DNA from: Octopus bimaculoides
Taxonomy: Eukaryota
Reading direction: 5' to 3'
DNA length: 64,000 bases
Assembly (NCBI RefSeq): GCF_001194135.2
Contig: NC_068985.1
Span: 72,435,146 to 72,499,145 of the forward strand
Both the position numbers and the translations under genes were made by a program. This document shows positions 12,201 through 24,700 of this stretch, piece after piece (the stretch's first letter is position 1; every line of letters starts with the position of its first letter). Under the pieces are notes generated by a model that saw nothing but the letters and a program-made list of their open reading frames with translations, did not search any database and was not told the DNA's origin.

Positions 12201-15200
12201 AAAATACCAAAGTTATTTAGGGGAAAGATAGTGTGTTTTGAAATGAAGACATTCAAGATGATAAAGTCAGTACACAGAGATATTGATAATGTTGATCCCT
12301 TGATAACTAACCCACTGGAGATTACTTTTGGTCCTTTTATACAAATGTCACTCATTTTAACCTTTTTCTGACCATATTTCCTAATAAAATATGCAGACTA
12401 TCTGTCTCATTTAATTTTGAAAATAACTGGGAATTCAGAAGAATTTAGTGAAATTAGTAGACAGCTTCTGTTACCTAGTTGACCAAGTCAACAGTGGAGG
12501 AGGATGCTCTCAGAGTGTAGTGCTAGAATAAGAATAGGCTGGACAAAGTTCAAAGAGATTCTACCTTCGTTGGTAACAAAAAGCCTCTCCCTCAGTGAAG
12601 GGCTGATTGTAGAATCCCTGTGTGCAAGCATCCATGCTACATGGCAGTGAAACGTGAGCTGTGACTGCAGAGGACATGAAAAGTTTTGAAAGAAATGAAG
12701 CTAGTATGTTCTGCTGGATGTGCAATGTCAGTGTGCACATATGACAGAGTGTAAATGATTTAAGAGGAAAACTGGGTATAAGAGGCATCAGATGTGTGCT
12801 GGAGAGAATACTATGCTGGTATGATCATGTAAGGCATGTGGATGAGGACAGCTGCACAAAGAAGTGCCAATCTCTGACTGTGGAGGGAACCTGTGGAAGA
12901 GACAGACTCAGACATGGGATGAGATGGTGAAATATGATCTTCAGATGTTGAGGCTCATGGAGGCAATAACAACTGATCAAAACTTCTGGTGATTTGCTAT
13001 GTTTGAGAAGATACATCAAGCTATGTGAAATCACGGTCATGGCCAGTACTGGTGACATATGAAAGGCACCCATGCAAGTGACACGTAAAAGGCATCCAGT
13101 ACACCGTGGAGTGAATAGTGTTAGGATGGGCATCCAGTCATAGAAACCAAACCAAAATAGACTGGAGCAAAATACTGTTTAACGCATGCCAGCATGGAAA
13201 ACAGATGCTTAATGATGATGATGAGGAGAAGGATGAACTGTATTTGCTAAGCTTCTATTTGCAACGTAACAAAAAGTTCTTAAAATTATGAAGGAAAGTT
13301 CTAATTTGAGCATAGATTCTTCAAAGTGTTCAAGTTATATTCCTTCTAAACACTGGTTAGTGGAGGTGTGTGACTTAGTTGTTAGAGTGTTGGACTCATG
13401 ATCGGACAGTGCATTGTGTTCTTGAGAAAAGCACTTCATTTCAGGTTGCTCCAGTTCACTCAGCTGGTAAAAATGAGTAATCCTGTGATGGATCAGCGTT
13501 CCATCCAAGTGGGGAATATATATGTCACAAACCAGGAAACCAGCCCTTCTGAGTTGTTATTACTTGAGAAGTTAACTTTACCTTTAAACACTGGTTAGAT
13601 ATATCAATAAGTGAAGAAATTCATCAAATCTTTGAAATTTAGTAAATATTCTAAATCTTATGAAAATAGTTCTCTGATTCAGATTCACTTCTGCTGTTTT
13701 TACTCATAAAAATCACTTCCATTCCACTTTTCATTTTACTTTGTGTGTTTATGTGAGTGGTGGGGTGTAAGAGATGTTTTTTTCTTTGTTTTTGAGATCT
13801 AGCATGTCTCTAGAGAATGAAATCTCAAATTCCCCCAAGGACATGGTTGAGCTGATGTGACTTTCATGTCTTTATCAGGAATGAAATTTATGTTGTAAAT
13901 GTGACCACTCTGATCTGACAATATATCTGGGTCCACATTATCCAGTGTTTCCTTCTACTTTTAAGGCAATAGGGTCATCACCATCATCATTATCATTTAA
14001 CGCCCGTTTTGCATGCTGGCATGGGTTGGATGGTTTGATCAGAGCTGGAAAGTCAAGAAACTGTACCAAGATCCACTGTCTGTTTTGACATGGGTTTTAT
14101 GGCTGGATGCCCTTCTTAATGCCAGCCACTTTATAGAGTGGACTGGGTGCTTTTTACATGGCACCAGCACTGGCAAGTGTCTGTTTTGGCATAGTTTTTA
14201 TGACTGAATGCTCTTCCTAGTGCCAATCACTTTACAGTGTAGACTGGATGCTTTATACATAGCACCAGTGAGGTCTCCAAGTAACTTGTTAGACAAAGAT
14301 TTTTTGAGGTGGAAAAGGTGGCTTTGTGCCAGGTGATGAGAGGTTAGAGTGTGACAGAGGGACAGAAACAGGTGTGTTGCTATAGAGGAGATACATAATT
14401 ACCCAAGTTAGAGAGAGTAATCAAGAATGAGAGAGAAATGAGAGAAGACAATAAGGTATAATTTTAAGGATTTGGTTATTACTTTCAGCAGGTTAAGTAA
14501 CTATGTTGAGACTTCTTTGATTGATTTGCAATTTAGATACCATGTTGACTTCATCTAGAAACAATGATGGTTATCTTTGCTTTTAAATGTTCATGTTTAC
14601 TATGCTGGCATGGATTAAACACAAATATTATACACTCTGCTCAGAGAGAAAAAGTCTTTGTATCTACAAAGATAGTAATTCTCTGAACTTTTTACACACT
14701 GTTCTCACTCTGGTTAGTTTACTTTTATAACACACACCTCCATTTATAATTTGGTCACATACATAAAAATACTTGTCTGAGCATTTGAAAGTATTCATTT
14801 TATAGATGTTCTTACTGCTCGCTAAACCTGGGCATCTGCTACATATGCAATTTTTCTTCTCTGCCTGCCTGTGCTCCCATTAAATCTTTAGTGCATTCAT
14901 AATTTACATTAGCTACACACAATCTTCTTCTTTGCATATCAAGCTTGGCTATCTCTTAGATGGGAGTAGGGTTCGGTATATTTTCTTGCTAGCCAAAACT
15001 CTTCTTCCACCATGTTTGGAACTTTTTCTCCTATTTTTTTACTGATTTAGCTACGTTGGCATTATACAGATGCTCTCACAGACAGCTGCTATGATATAGA
15101 AAACTGTAATAAACAGGAAGAACCTAGTCCTATGATACCAAAACATCTTCACAAATCTCTTTGAAGAGTCTGTGTTCAAATTAGAATTTTTCCTTCATAA

Positions 15201-16025
15201 TTTTAAGAACTTTTTGTTATGTTGCAAACAGCAGCTTTGCAAATACAGTTATATCTTTTACTTGTTTCAGTCGTTAGACTGTGGCCATGTGGTGGGGAGG
15301 GGAGCACTGCCTTAAAGAATTTTTAGACAAATGAATTGACCCCAGTACTTATTTCTTAAGCCTGGTACTTATTCTATTGGTCTCTTTTACTGAACCATTA
15401 AGTTATGGGGACATAAACACACTGCACCAGTTGTTAAGTGGTGGTGGAGGACAAGTACAGATACAATGACATATGCACATAGATATGGATATCTATGTGC
15501 GATGGACTTTTTTTCAGTTTCCATTTACCAAATCCACTCACAAGGCTTTGGTTGGCACACAAGTGCACACACAGCTGATGCACACATGCACCCATAAGCA
15601 CATCCACCCTAGAAAATGTACATATGCACCATCAAGCTGATGCCATCAGCCCTCACCCACATGCCAGCTTATATGCACACACACATATAGCAGATACACA
15701 TGCATATGCATCAGACACACATCCATGCATTCATACAACATTACACACACACACACATCGGTGCCATTGCTGGCTATTGACGTCAATTAAGTTCCATAGT
15801 CACATGGTGTATGAAGTTCAGACTAGGATCTCTGTTTTGATGGATTTGGTGTTGCTCAAATTTCAATACTATTTCCAACAACATCGACCCTTTTGATCAA
15901 TAGCAGCTCAGTTTCTAGCAGCCGTCTTGGACTTCCTATATCCCTTCATTCAGCTGTCTGAACCTAATGAGCTAGGTTTCTGTAATGAGCCTATGAATCT
16001 TTAAGCCACGTGGGCCAAACCATAC

Positions 16026-16061
<36 letters not shown>

Positions 16062-19000
16062 CCTTTCTACTATAGGAACAAGGCCTGAAATTTGGAGGAG
16101 GGAGTAAGTTGATTACATTGACCCCAGTGTGTAACTATTACTTATTTCATCAATTCCAAAAGGATGAAAGGCAAAGTCGTATTCAGTGGAATCAAAGTCG
16201 ACTCAGAACAGAAAGATGGACAAAATACTGTTAAGCATTTCACCCAGTGTGTTAAAGATTCTGCCAGCTTGCCGCCTTAATAATAATAATAATAACAATA
16301 ATAATAATAATGATAAAAATGATAAAATATACATATATGAATGAACGTTTTCAAATGTTTTTTTCTAAAATTTGTTTTTGTCTTCTTTTTTTTTCTTCCA
16401 GAAATATATCTTATCTTTACCCCTTTCTTTATGTGTATACATCGAAGAGCATCCTTCAAGATTTGCTCGAAGGTAACTCAACTTTTGAAATATTTTACTA
16501 AAAATTGGATTAATTTTTTTTTGTAAATTCTGTAAATTAGTTTAGAAATAAAGATTCCTTGTGTAACTCCAGTTTGGAAATATGCATACCAGAAGAAGTA
16601 ACACACCTGGTGATAATCAAGAATTAAAGCTATCAAAACATATGTAAATATTTAAAAATGCATTTTTAAAATGTGCGGTTAATAGTCTGAAAAATTATTG
16701 TTGACATTCACTTGTATTCGAGTAGTTAATCTGTAGTGAGTGATTGAGCCTCTTCATTCTGATGGGTGCAAAGGGTGCCGGTGTATGAAGTGGCTGTTGA
16801 GGCCAAAGGCAGTATAGAAGAGCTGGGAGCATTTATCACAGGGAAGGATTGGCAGAGGACAATGTAGTACAAGTCATTCTTTGTGTCTGTTATTTTCCAT
16901 TTGGTCCATTCCCTCAATGATGACAAGCTGCCACTTTTGGTGGTCCTTGGCGATTGTGTCCCGGCTATTTGAGTCAATGGAGCAGTGGAGGGAAGTGGTT
17001 TTGCGGTGATCTTGGAAATAGAATTTGGGTGCTGTGTGTGGTCAGGTGCCTAAGGCCAACTCCACAAGGCGGAGTTGGCGGGGGAGGCACAATTGAGGCA
17101 TATGTATAATCAAAGGTAGTTTTAAAAGGCTTTGAATTATTTGCTGTAAGAATGTTGAATAATTATTTTATTTTACACCTGTCTTATAAGGTTTGATGAA
17201 GTGAGGCTATTTCCTGTAATGATCTTTCTAGAAGTAGTCATTTTAGTTTCATTAGCAATGGAACAGAAACATTTCTAGTTTGATCTAGATATATTTATGT
17301 TTTAAGGAACTGATAATCTCATAGAACCTTGTCAAAGGGAATGCTAATCATCTCTCTCAAATAATCTGTCTTCTCTATTTTAGAAATTATTTCATAATAA
17401 TTTTTGGTAGAGTGAAGCAAGCAATGTATCTTATTTTGTGACACAAAACAATGGAATTTTAGTTCCTTTTTCTGTTACAATAGATTCATATTTGTATTTT
17501 AATGTTTGTATGAGTAGTATGGTTCAGTAAATATTTATAGCATGTTGAATCAATGTTTTTATTCCTAGATTTCCCTAATCTCAATTGTGTGAAGTTGGAT
17601 TAATATATAAAGTTAGAGTGCTGCATATTTTTGATATATTTAGAACGATACATATTTTTGAAATCAGCTAACTGATGCAAGTGTATAGAATAGCATAAAA
17701 TATCTTGTAGTGTTCCAACTTAGTTCCAATTTACATGGCATCCATGTTATTGACATGTAAAAGGCACCTGGTACACTCTGTAGAGTGGTTGGCATTAGGA
17801 AGGCCATCCAGCCATAGAAACCAAGCCAAAACAGACTAGAACCTGGTGCAACTCTCCAGCTTACCAGTTCCGGTCAAACTGTTTAACCTGTGCCAGTATG
17901 GAAAATGGATGCTAAATGATGATGATGTTTTATTGTTTGTTTATTTGTTAGCAGGTTTAAATTGTTTTAATGTGGCTTGAAGACTATTACTTTGTAGAAT
18001 GAATTAAAGCAATATATTGTAAAGTTCTCATTAATATATCCTTATCTGTAAGCTTATGGATTAGGCATTGTGGATGTTTCTAGCATTATCTGATCTATAC
18101 CAGTGTATTAAATCAGCTTTAGTTGATCTCAATGTTTCTAGTTTTAGCTCTTTGTATAAATCAGCTAAAGCTAGAAAATTCGATATTTGTTTGCAGATAT
18201 TTTACAAAAAGATATTTTTAATATATAACTGCTCTTGTTTGAATTATTTATTTTCTGACTCCGTATGAATTCAAATTTAGTGAGAATGCCTTAAAACCAA
18301 CTCAGAGTTTGAAACAGTTAAACACAGGATGGAAGTTTTGGCTTTAATTCTACTGTTAGACAGTTATCATTATCATCATTATTGTTTTCCATCCATTTTT
18401 CAATGCTTACATACAAACCTATAGGAGGTCTGTAACGGGACAGTGTCACTTCATTTTCATGTTCCTTCATCATTTGATACTACTGATGAAATATTCAATC
18501 TTTGTTGTTGTTGTGTAAGTTTTTTTTATAACTGAACACTGTTATGATTGCCAACCACTAATGTGAACTAGGAACATTTTGTTGTGCCACCAGCACCAGA
18601 GGAACTGTGTGCAGAACTAAAAGTTGTCTCTGACTTGTATCAGGTTCAATTCAGTGTTACTGATCTCCTAATACCTAGAGTGTAGGGAATATAGTGAAAC
18701 TGTAATATTTTATTTATTCATTGTAATTGCTGTTGTGATAACTGCCTTATTGTCTGTTTCAGTGCTAAAATAGTGGCCCATCTTCATGAACCGTTGCCAA
18801 ACAAACCGTCAGGTCCCATGTCACAAAGCTCATCTACATATGTCAGATTTTCATTTCGAGAGTCCGGTGAAAAAGAGGTAAACTTTTATGCAGAAATGAA
18901 TTTTTTACTAACTTAATGGTGTATGTAAACCATTCAAATTTCATATATCAGTTTCATCATCATCATCAACAACAATATTTAACATCTGTTTCCCATGCTG

Positions 19001-20074
19001 GCTTGACAGAAACTGGTGAGGCCAGAGGCCACACCAAGTTCCATAGTCTTTTCTGGTTTGGTTTCTACAGCTGGATGCCCTTCTTAATGCCAACCACATG
19101 TGACGTGTGAATTAATAAGAAACAAAATGAGAACATTTTGGAGATTAATGCATAAAACATAAACACATATTTACAAACCTGTCCTGGTCAGTAACTAACT
19201 AGAATATAAATTCAAATTTAAATAGATTTTTATTCATATTTTCTGGATTTTATTTCATTTTACTTGTTAAAAGATCTTTTAATTAATCATTTAAAAATGA
19301 CTAATCAGCTATTGTTATTTTTGTGATAGAATAAATGATAAATTTTTTCACTCCCTCCCTTGTCAACAGTATCATTACTACCCTATTTGCTAGCATCCCT
19401 TATAGCCTCCCCAACTTGGGTACCCCACTTCTCGCAACTGTTTCCCAATCTTTACAAATGTTGCCTACCTTCCTCTCCCACTTCCCTTATCTCTTCCTCT
19501 GTACACTCTTGCAAACCCCCATTCTCCCCACCCACTACTACACTTGCTACCTGAGGTACCACCTGGACAACTCATCACCACTGTCTGTCTCCTTGGAGAC
19601 ACTTCTAATTCTTTCTCTCTCTCTCTATCTCTCTCTCTCTCCCCTAAATGTGAATAGCCTTGTAGCCCTTCTACAACATAAACCTGCTCCATCCCAACCT
19701 CTTCCCTCTTACCTTAACCGCTATCTAACAAACGGATGCATCCTCCTCCCTGGGTTTGTTGACTTGCAAGCTACATGGTGACCTCAATTGTGCCAGTGGC
19801 ATGAAAAAAAGCACCCAATGCACACTGTAAAGTTGTTGGCATTAGGAAGGGCATCCATCTGTAGAACCCATGCCAAGGCAGACTGCAGCATGATACACTC
19901 TTTGGACCCATTGGATCTTACCAAACTGTCCAACCCATGCTAGCATGGCACATGAATATTAAAACAGTGATGATGATAATATATACATATATATACATAT
20001 ANNNNNNNNNNNNNNNNNNNNNNNNNNNNNNNNNNNNNNNNNNNNNNNNNNNNNNNNNNNNNNNNNNNNNNNNN

Positions 20075-20109
<35 letters not shown>

Positions 20110-20754
20110 ATTTGGGGATGGTCATATTGCTAGTTTAGCCAAATCTATATGTATCATTATGTACACAACATAAGCTTTACTATTACTGATTTTATAAATT
20201 AGTTAAATTTATCAGATACACTAGACTGTTATAAGCAGCTGTTATGTTAATTCAATTTCATAGAAGATAGGGAAAAAGGTTATAGGCTGAATTATACATT
20301 CAAATGTGTTAATGTTCTCATTGCCAATTGTGTACTCTGCTCTTAATTTTTGATAGTCAAATGTTAGTGAATGTAATAGCTATATGGTTCACTGTCTCGA
20401 CAATCTAGTGCCAGTGAACTAACATAATGTTTGCTGTGACAGTTATGTGGTTCACTGTTATGACATTTTGGTATCAATGAGCAGAATGTTTACTATAAAA
20501 GAAATTTATGCATGTAGGTGTAACTTGTATGTCTTTGATACTAAATATACTTTTACTTGTTTCATTCATTATGCTGGGGCACTGCCTTGAATTTTTAGTC
20601 AAACGAATCAACCCCAGTACTTGTTTTTAAGCCTAGTACTTATTCTGTTAGTCTCTTTAGCTGAATTGCTAAGTTATGGGGACATAAACAAACCATCACC
20701 GGTTGTCAAGCGGCAGTGGGGTACAAACACAGATACAAAAACTCACACATATAG

Positions 20755-20830
<76 letters not shown>

Positions 20831-21721
20831 ATAGACTTCCTTCAGTTTCCATCTACCAAATCTACTCACAAGGCTTTGGTTGGCCTGAGGCTATAGTAGA
20901 AGACACTTGCCCAAGGTGCCATGCAGTGGGACTGAACCTGGAACCATATTCTTTTATTCTTTTACTTGTTTCAGTTATTTGACAGCAGCCATACTGGAGC
21001 GCCACTTTAAAGGGTTTTAGTCGAAGAAATTGACCCCAGTACTTATACTTTGTAAGCCTAGTAACAGTTTGGCAAAAGAAACCAATAATATTTATTGTAC
21101 TTTTTTGCTGAACTACTAAGTTACGGGGACATAAACACACCAGCATCTATTATCAAGCAATGATACTATTTACTATTCTCTCTTCTTCTCATCACCTGTC
21201 TTGAATCTATCTATCTATCTTACTCAGTCCCTTACTTAGCACTGTATGCAATCTTTCCATTTTAAAATATTGGCCATCTAGAGTCCCCTCCCTGCTTACA
21301 TTTTTCCTGCAATTGTTGACTTGCAATTATCATCAGAAAATATCAAATGCATTGGCGTCACTGTCTTGGTGGGTTTATAAATGTCACTGATGGTAACCCT
21401 TCCTCCTGACCAAACTATTTGATATACGAAATAAGTTAATTACTCTTCTTTGTTTTTTTTTTTAACAGTTCTTCAGATATTTCAAAGAACAACTTGAGGA
21501 AAGAAAATTTGAGAAACCTTCTTTAGGAATTTCTCAAATCACAGTAAGTGAAATAACCAAAATATGTTTCTTGTATTTCAAATTAAAATGAGTTTTAGTA
21601 GATGTTTTGTGTGTCTGAGTATAAAGTTATTGCAGAACAAGAATCTTGATAGGAAAACATCAAACTAAGTTAGACTTGCATGACTTCTGTTAAGTTCATT
21701 GTTGTTGTAGTAGCAAGGTAG

Positions 21722-21755
<34 letters not shown>

Positions 21756-24700
21756 TTATTCTATCAGTCACTTTTCTTGTAACACTAACTTACGGGGATG
21801 TAAACACACCACCACCGGTTGTCTAGTGGTAGTGGGAAACAAACACACATACACACACAACTGGCTTCTTTCAGTTTCCATCTATCAAATCCACTCCCAA
21901 GCTTCAGTCAGCCTGAAGCTGTTGCAGAAAACATTTGCCCAAGGTGGGACTGAACCTGGGACCATGTAGTTGGGAAGCAAACTTCTTACCATGCAGCCAC
22001 ACCTGCATCTGTATTTTAAACATATTTAGATTCGAAGTGTATGACTATATTTCTTTGTGCATATAATTAAATTTTCATTCTTCATAAAATGAAACCTTTT
22101 CNNNNNNNNNNNNNNNNNNNNNNNNNNNNNNNNNNNNNNNNNNNNNNNNNNNNNNNNNNNNNNNNNNNNNNNNNNNNNNNNNNNNNNNNNNNNNNNNNNN
22201 NNNNNNNNNNNNNNNNNNNNNNNNNNNNNNNNNNNNNNNNNNNNNNNNNNNNNNNNNNNNNNNNNNNNNNNNNNNNNNNNNNNNNNNNNNNNNNNNNNNN
22301 NNNNNNNNNNNNNNNNNNNNNNNNNNNNNNNNNNNNNNNNNNNNNNNNNNNNNNNNNNNNNNNNNNNNNNNNNNNNNNNNNNNNNNNNNNNNNNNNNNNN
22401 NNNNNNNNNNNNNNNNNNNNNNNNNNNNNNNNNNNNNNNNNNNNNNNNNNNNNNNNNNNNNNCCAGCTGTAGAAACTCTGCCAAATCAGACTGGAGCCTG
22501 GTGTTGCCATCCGGTTTCACCAGTCCTCAGTCAAATCGTCCAACCCATGCTAGCATGGAAAGCGGACGTTAAACGATGATGATGATGATAATCAAAGAAC
22601 GTAGCATTTTAATACTTAATGTAAAGTAAATATAACAAATGAAAAATTCTTCAAGAATCCTTAAAACTTCCCGGATCACTACCAAAATTTCATCATCTGT
22701 TCCTTGTGTCATTACCAACTTTTCCTGCAAGTTTCATCAAATACCGTTCACAACTTGAGTTATTTTGCACACAGATAGACAAAATAACGCCGATTAAAAC
22801 ATAACTTTCCTTGGCAGAGGTAATGAATAAATACTGGTTATTGTTATTGTTGGCATGTTTAATTCCTTCCCTGAAACTTTCAGTAAGTTTCCACACTAAC
22901 ATTTTATGCTGTCACATTGATGCAGTTGAACCATGCTGGGGCACCACCTGAAGCGTTTCAGTCAAACAAACTGACTTCTGGGCTTTTTGTTTTTTAAAGC
23001 TTACTACTTATTCTGTTGGCCTCTTTTGCTGAACCATTAAGTCACAGAGTCCTAAATGTACCAATACAAGTTGTTGGTGGGGAACAAGTACACACACACA
23101 CACACACATGGTGGGCTTTTTCAGTTGCTGTCTACCAAATCCACTCACAAGACTTTGGTTGGTCCAAGACTATAGTAGAAGACACCTGCCTAAGTTTTCA
23201 TACTGTGGAACTGAACCTCAAGTTTGGTTCTATTTGTTTGAATAATTTTCTTTCTTTCTCTCACCCAGATTTTTATAATTACTTAGTGTAATGTCAGGTC
23301 TACTTTGTACTGCATACAATGTTTGTTTCAGTCGTGTGACTTGATTTATGTTGAGCAATATCTCTTAAGACCCACGGCTAATAATAGCTTGCCCATAACT
23401 GCATTAGATAACGTAGTTGAAATTACTTATAAGAGGACTCAATAGTCCTGGATGCTCAGTCATATTTGACCGGAGACCACATTATTGCTGTTGATGTTGT
23501 TGTTGCTGTAGTGAAGCAGCTATATCTCTCTTAAGGTGCACCTTAGCATTTTTAAGTAGAAAGGACACATTGGATAATGTAGTCCTAGGTATATTATAAC
23601 TGAAAATATGCAGTGAATAGTTTTCACTACGGGTCTTCTCGATCAGGGTTGACCTGGGGCTAAACAATAACACCAACTCCTACTTGTGCCATTAGCAGTA
23701 CTTGCTTAGGTCCAACAAGGAAGCCTCTATATGGCATAGTTGTTCTGCTTGCTAGAAATAGCAACCAAATCACCATAGCTGTTGTCTTAAAAAGAAAAAG
23801 TTACCTTAGATAGCTACATGAAAAAAATAACAGGTTGGTTAGGGCTGGAGTAACCTTGATCATCAGTCAACTTGTTTATGTTTTTCCTATGTTTTTCCTA
23901 AACAGCAGTAGTATAGAGCTAGGTGGAGTAGTTGTTCAAAGATAAGAGTCTTGACCATGTACACAAACCTAAACCACTGACTGGTTGTCCAGTACCTTAT
24001 CAACTATTGTCATCCACAATTCTTTTTTTTTTCTTTGTTTTAAGCAATACTTTATTTCCACTAAATTTTAATGCCTACATTCCATCTGTAAAAATATAAA
24101 ACGGATGTAAAGTCATTAGAGGAATGAAATATCTATGATTTATTTAATGATTTTCATACAAGAAACAATTTGTTTTGCAGGTAACTTCTCCACGGCACCG
24201 TCCTGGCATCATTGGCATAGAAAGAGCTATCCAAAAGAAACGAGAGGACACAGATAAAAACATCTCACAAGCTTTTGAAGATTTGAGTAATTTGATTGAA
24301 AAAGTAATCTTTCTCTGAAAATGTTCCCCTTTTATCTTTTACTTGTTTAATTCATTGTACTGCAGCCATGCTGGAGCTCTGCTTTAAAGGGCTTAGGCAA
24401 ACAAATAAAAAAAAAACTTGGTCATGAATCATTTTGTGAAACATTACTTCCAAAAATTAAAATCAAAGCTTCTTTCTCTAATATTGATACCAATATTAGA
24501 AGTTTGATATTCTTGGCTCTTCAGCTTCATTTACACCTGAAAAATTGCACCAAATGTGTAGTTTTTGCTTTTGTTTGTTGTTCTCTAACATATTGGATAT
24601 ATATACAGGGTGTCCACAAAGTCTGGGTACATGGGGATTAACACATACTTTAAGAAATAATAATTTCTTATATTTAATTGTTTATGTTATGATTTTATTT

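Noticed and set aside
11847-12231. Recurrent MKPDG(N/Y)[17 protein letters not shown] ORFs (also at 22026, 29393 and 37864)
   Set aside because: Antisense reading of the RTE 3' UTR; repeated because the repeat is repeated, not a protein family.
19335-19781. 148-aa L/P/S/T-rich ORF (similar ones at 28093, 39605 and 40034)
   Set aside because: Low-complexity C/T-rich repeat flanks of RTE-tail-associated elements; no domain or splice support.
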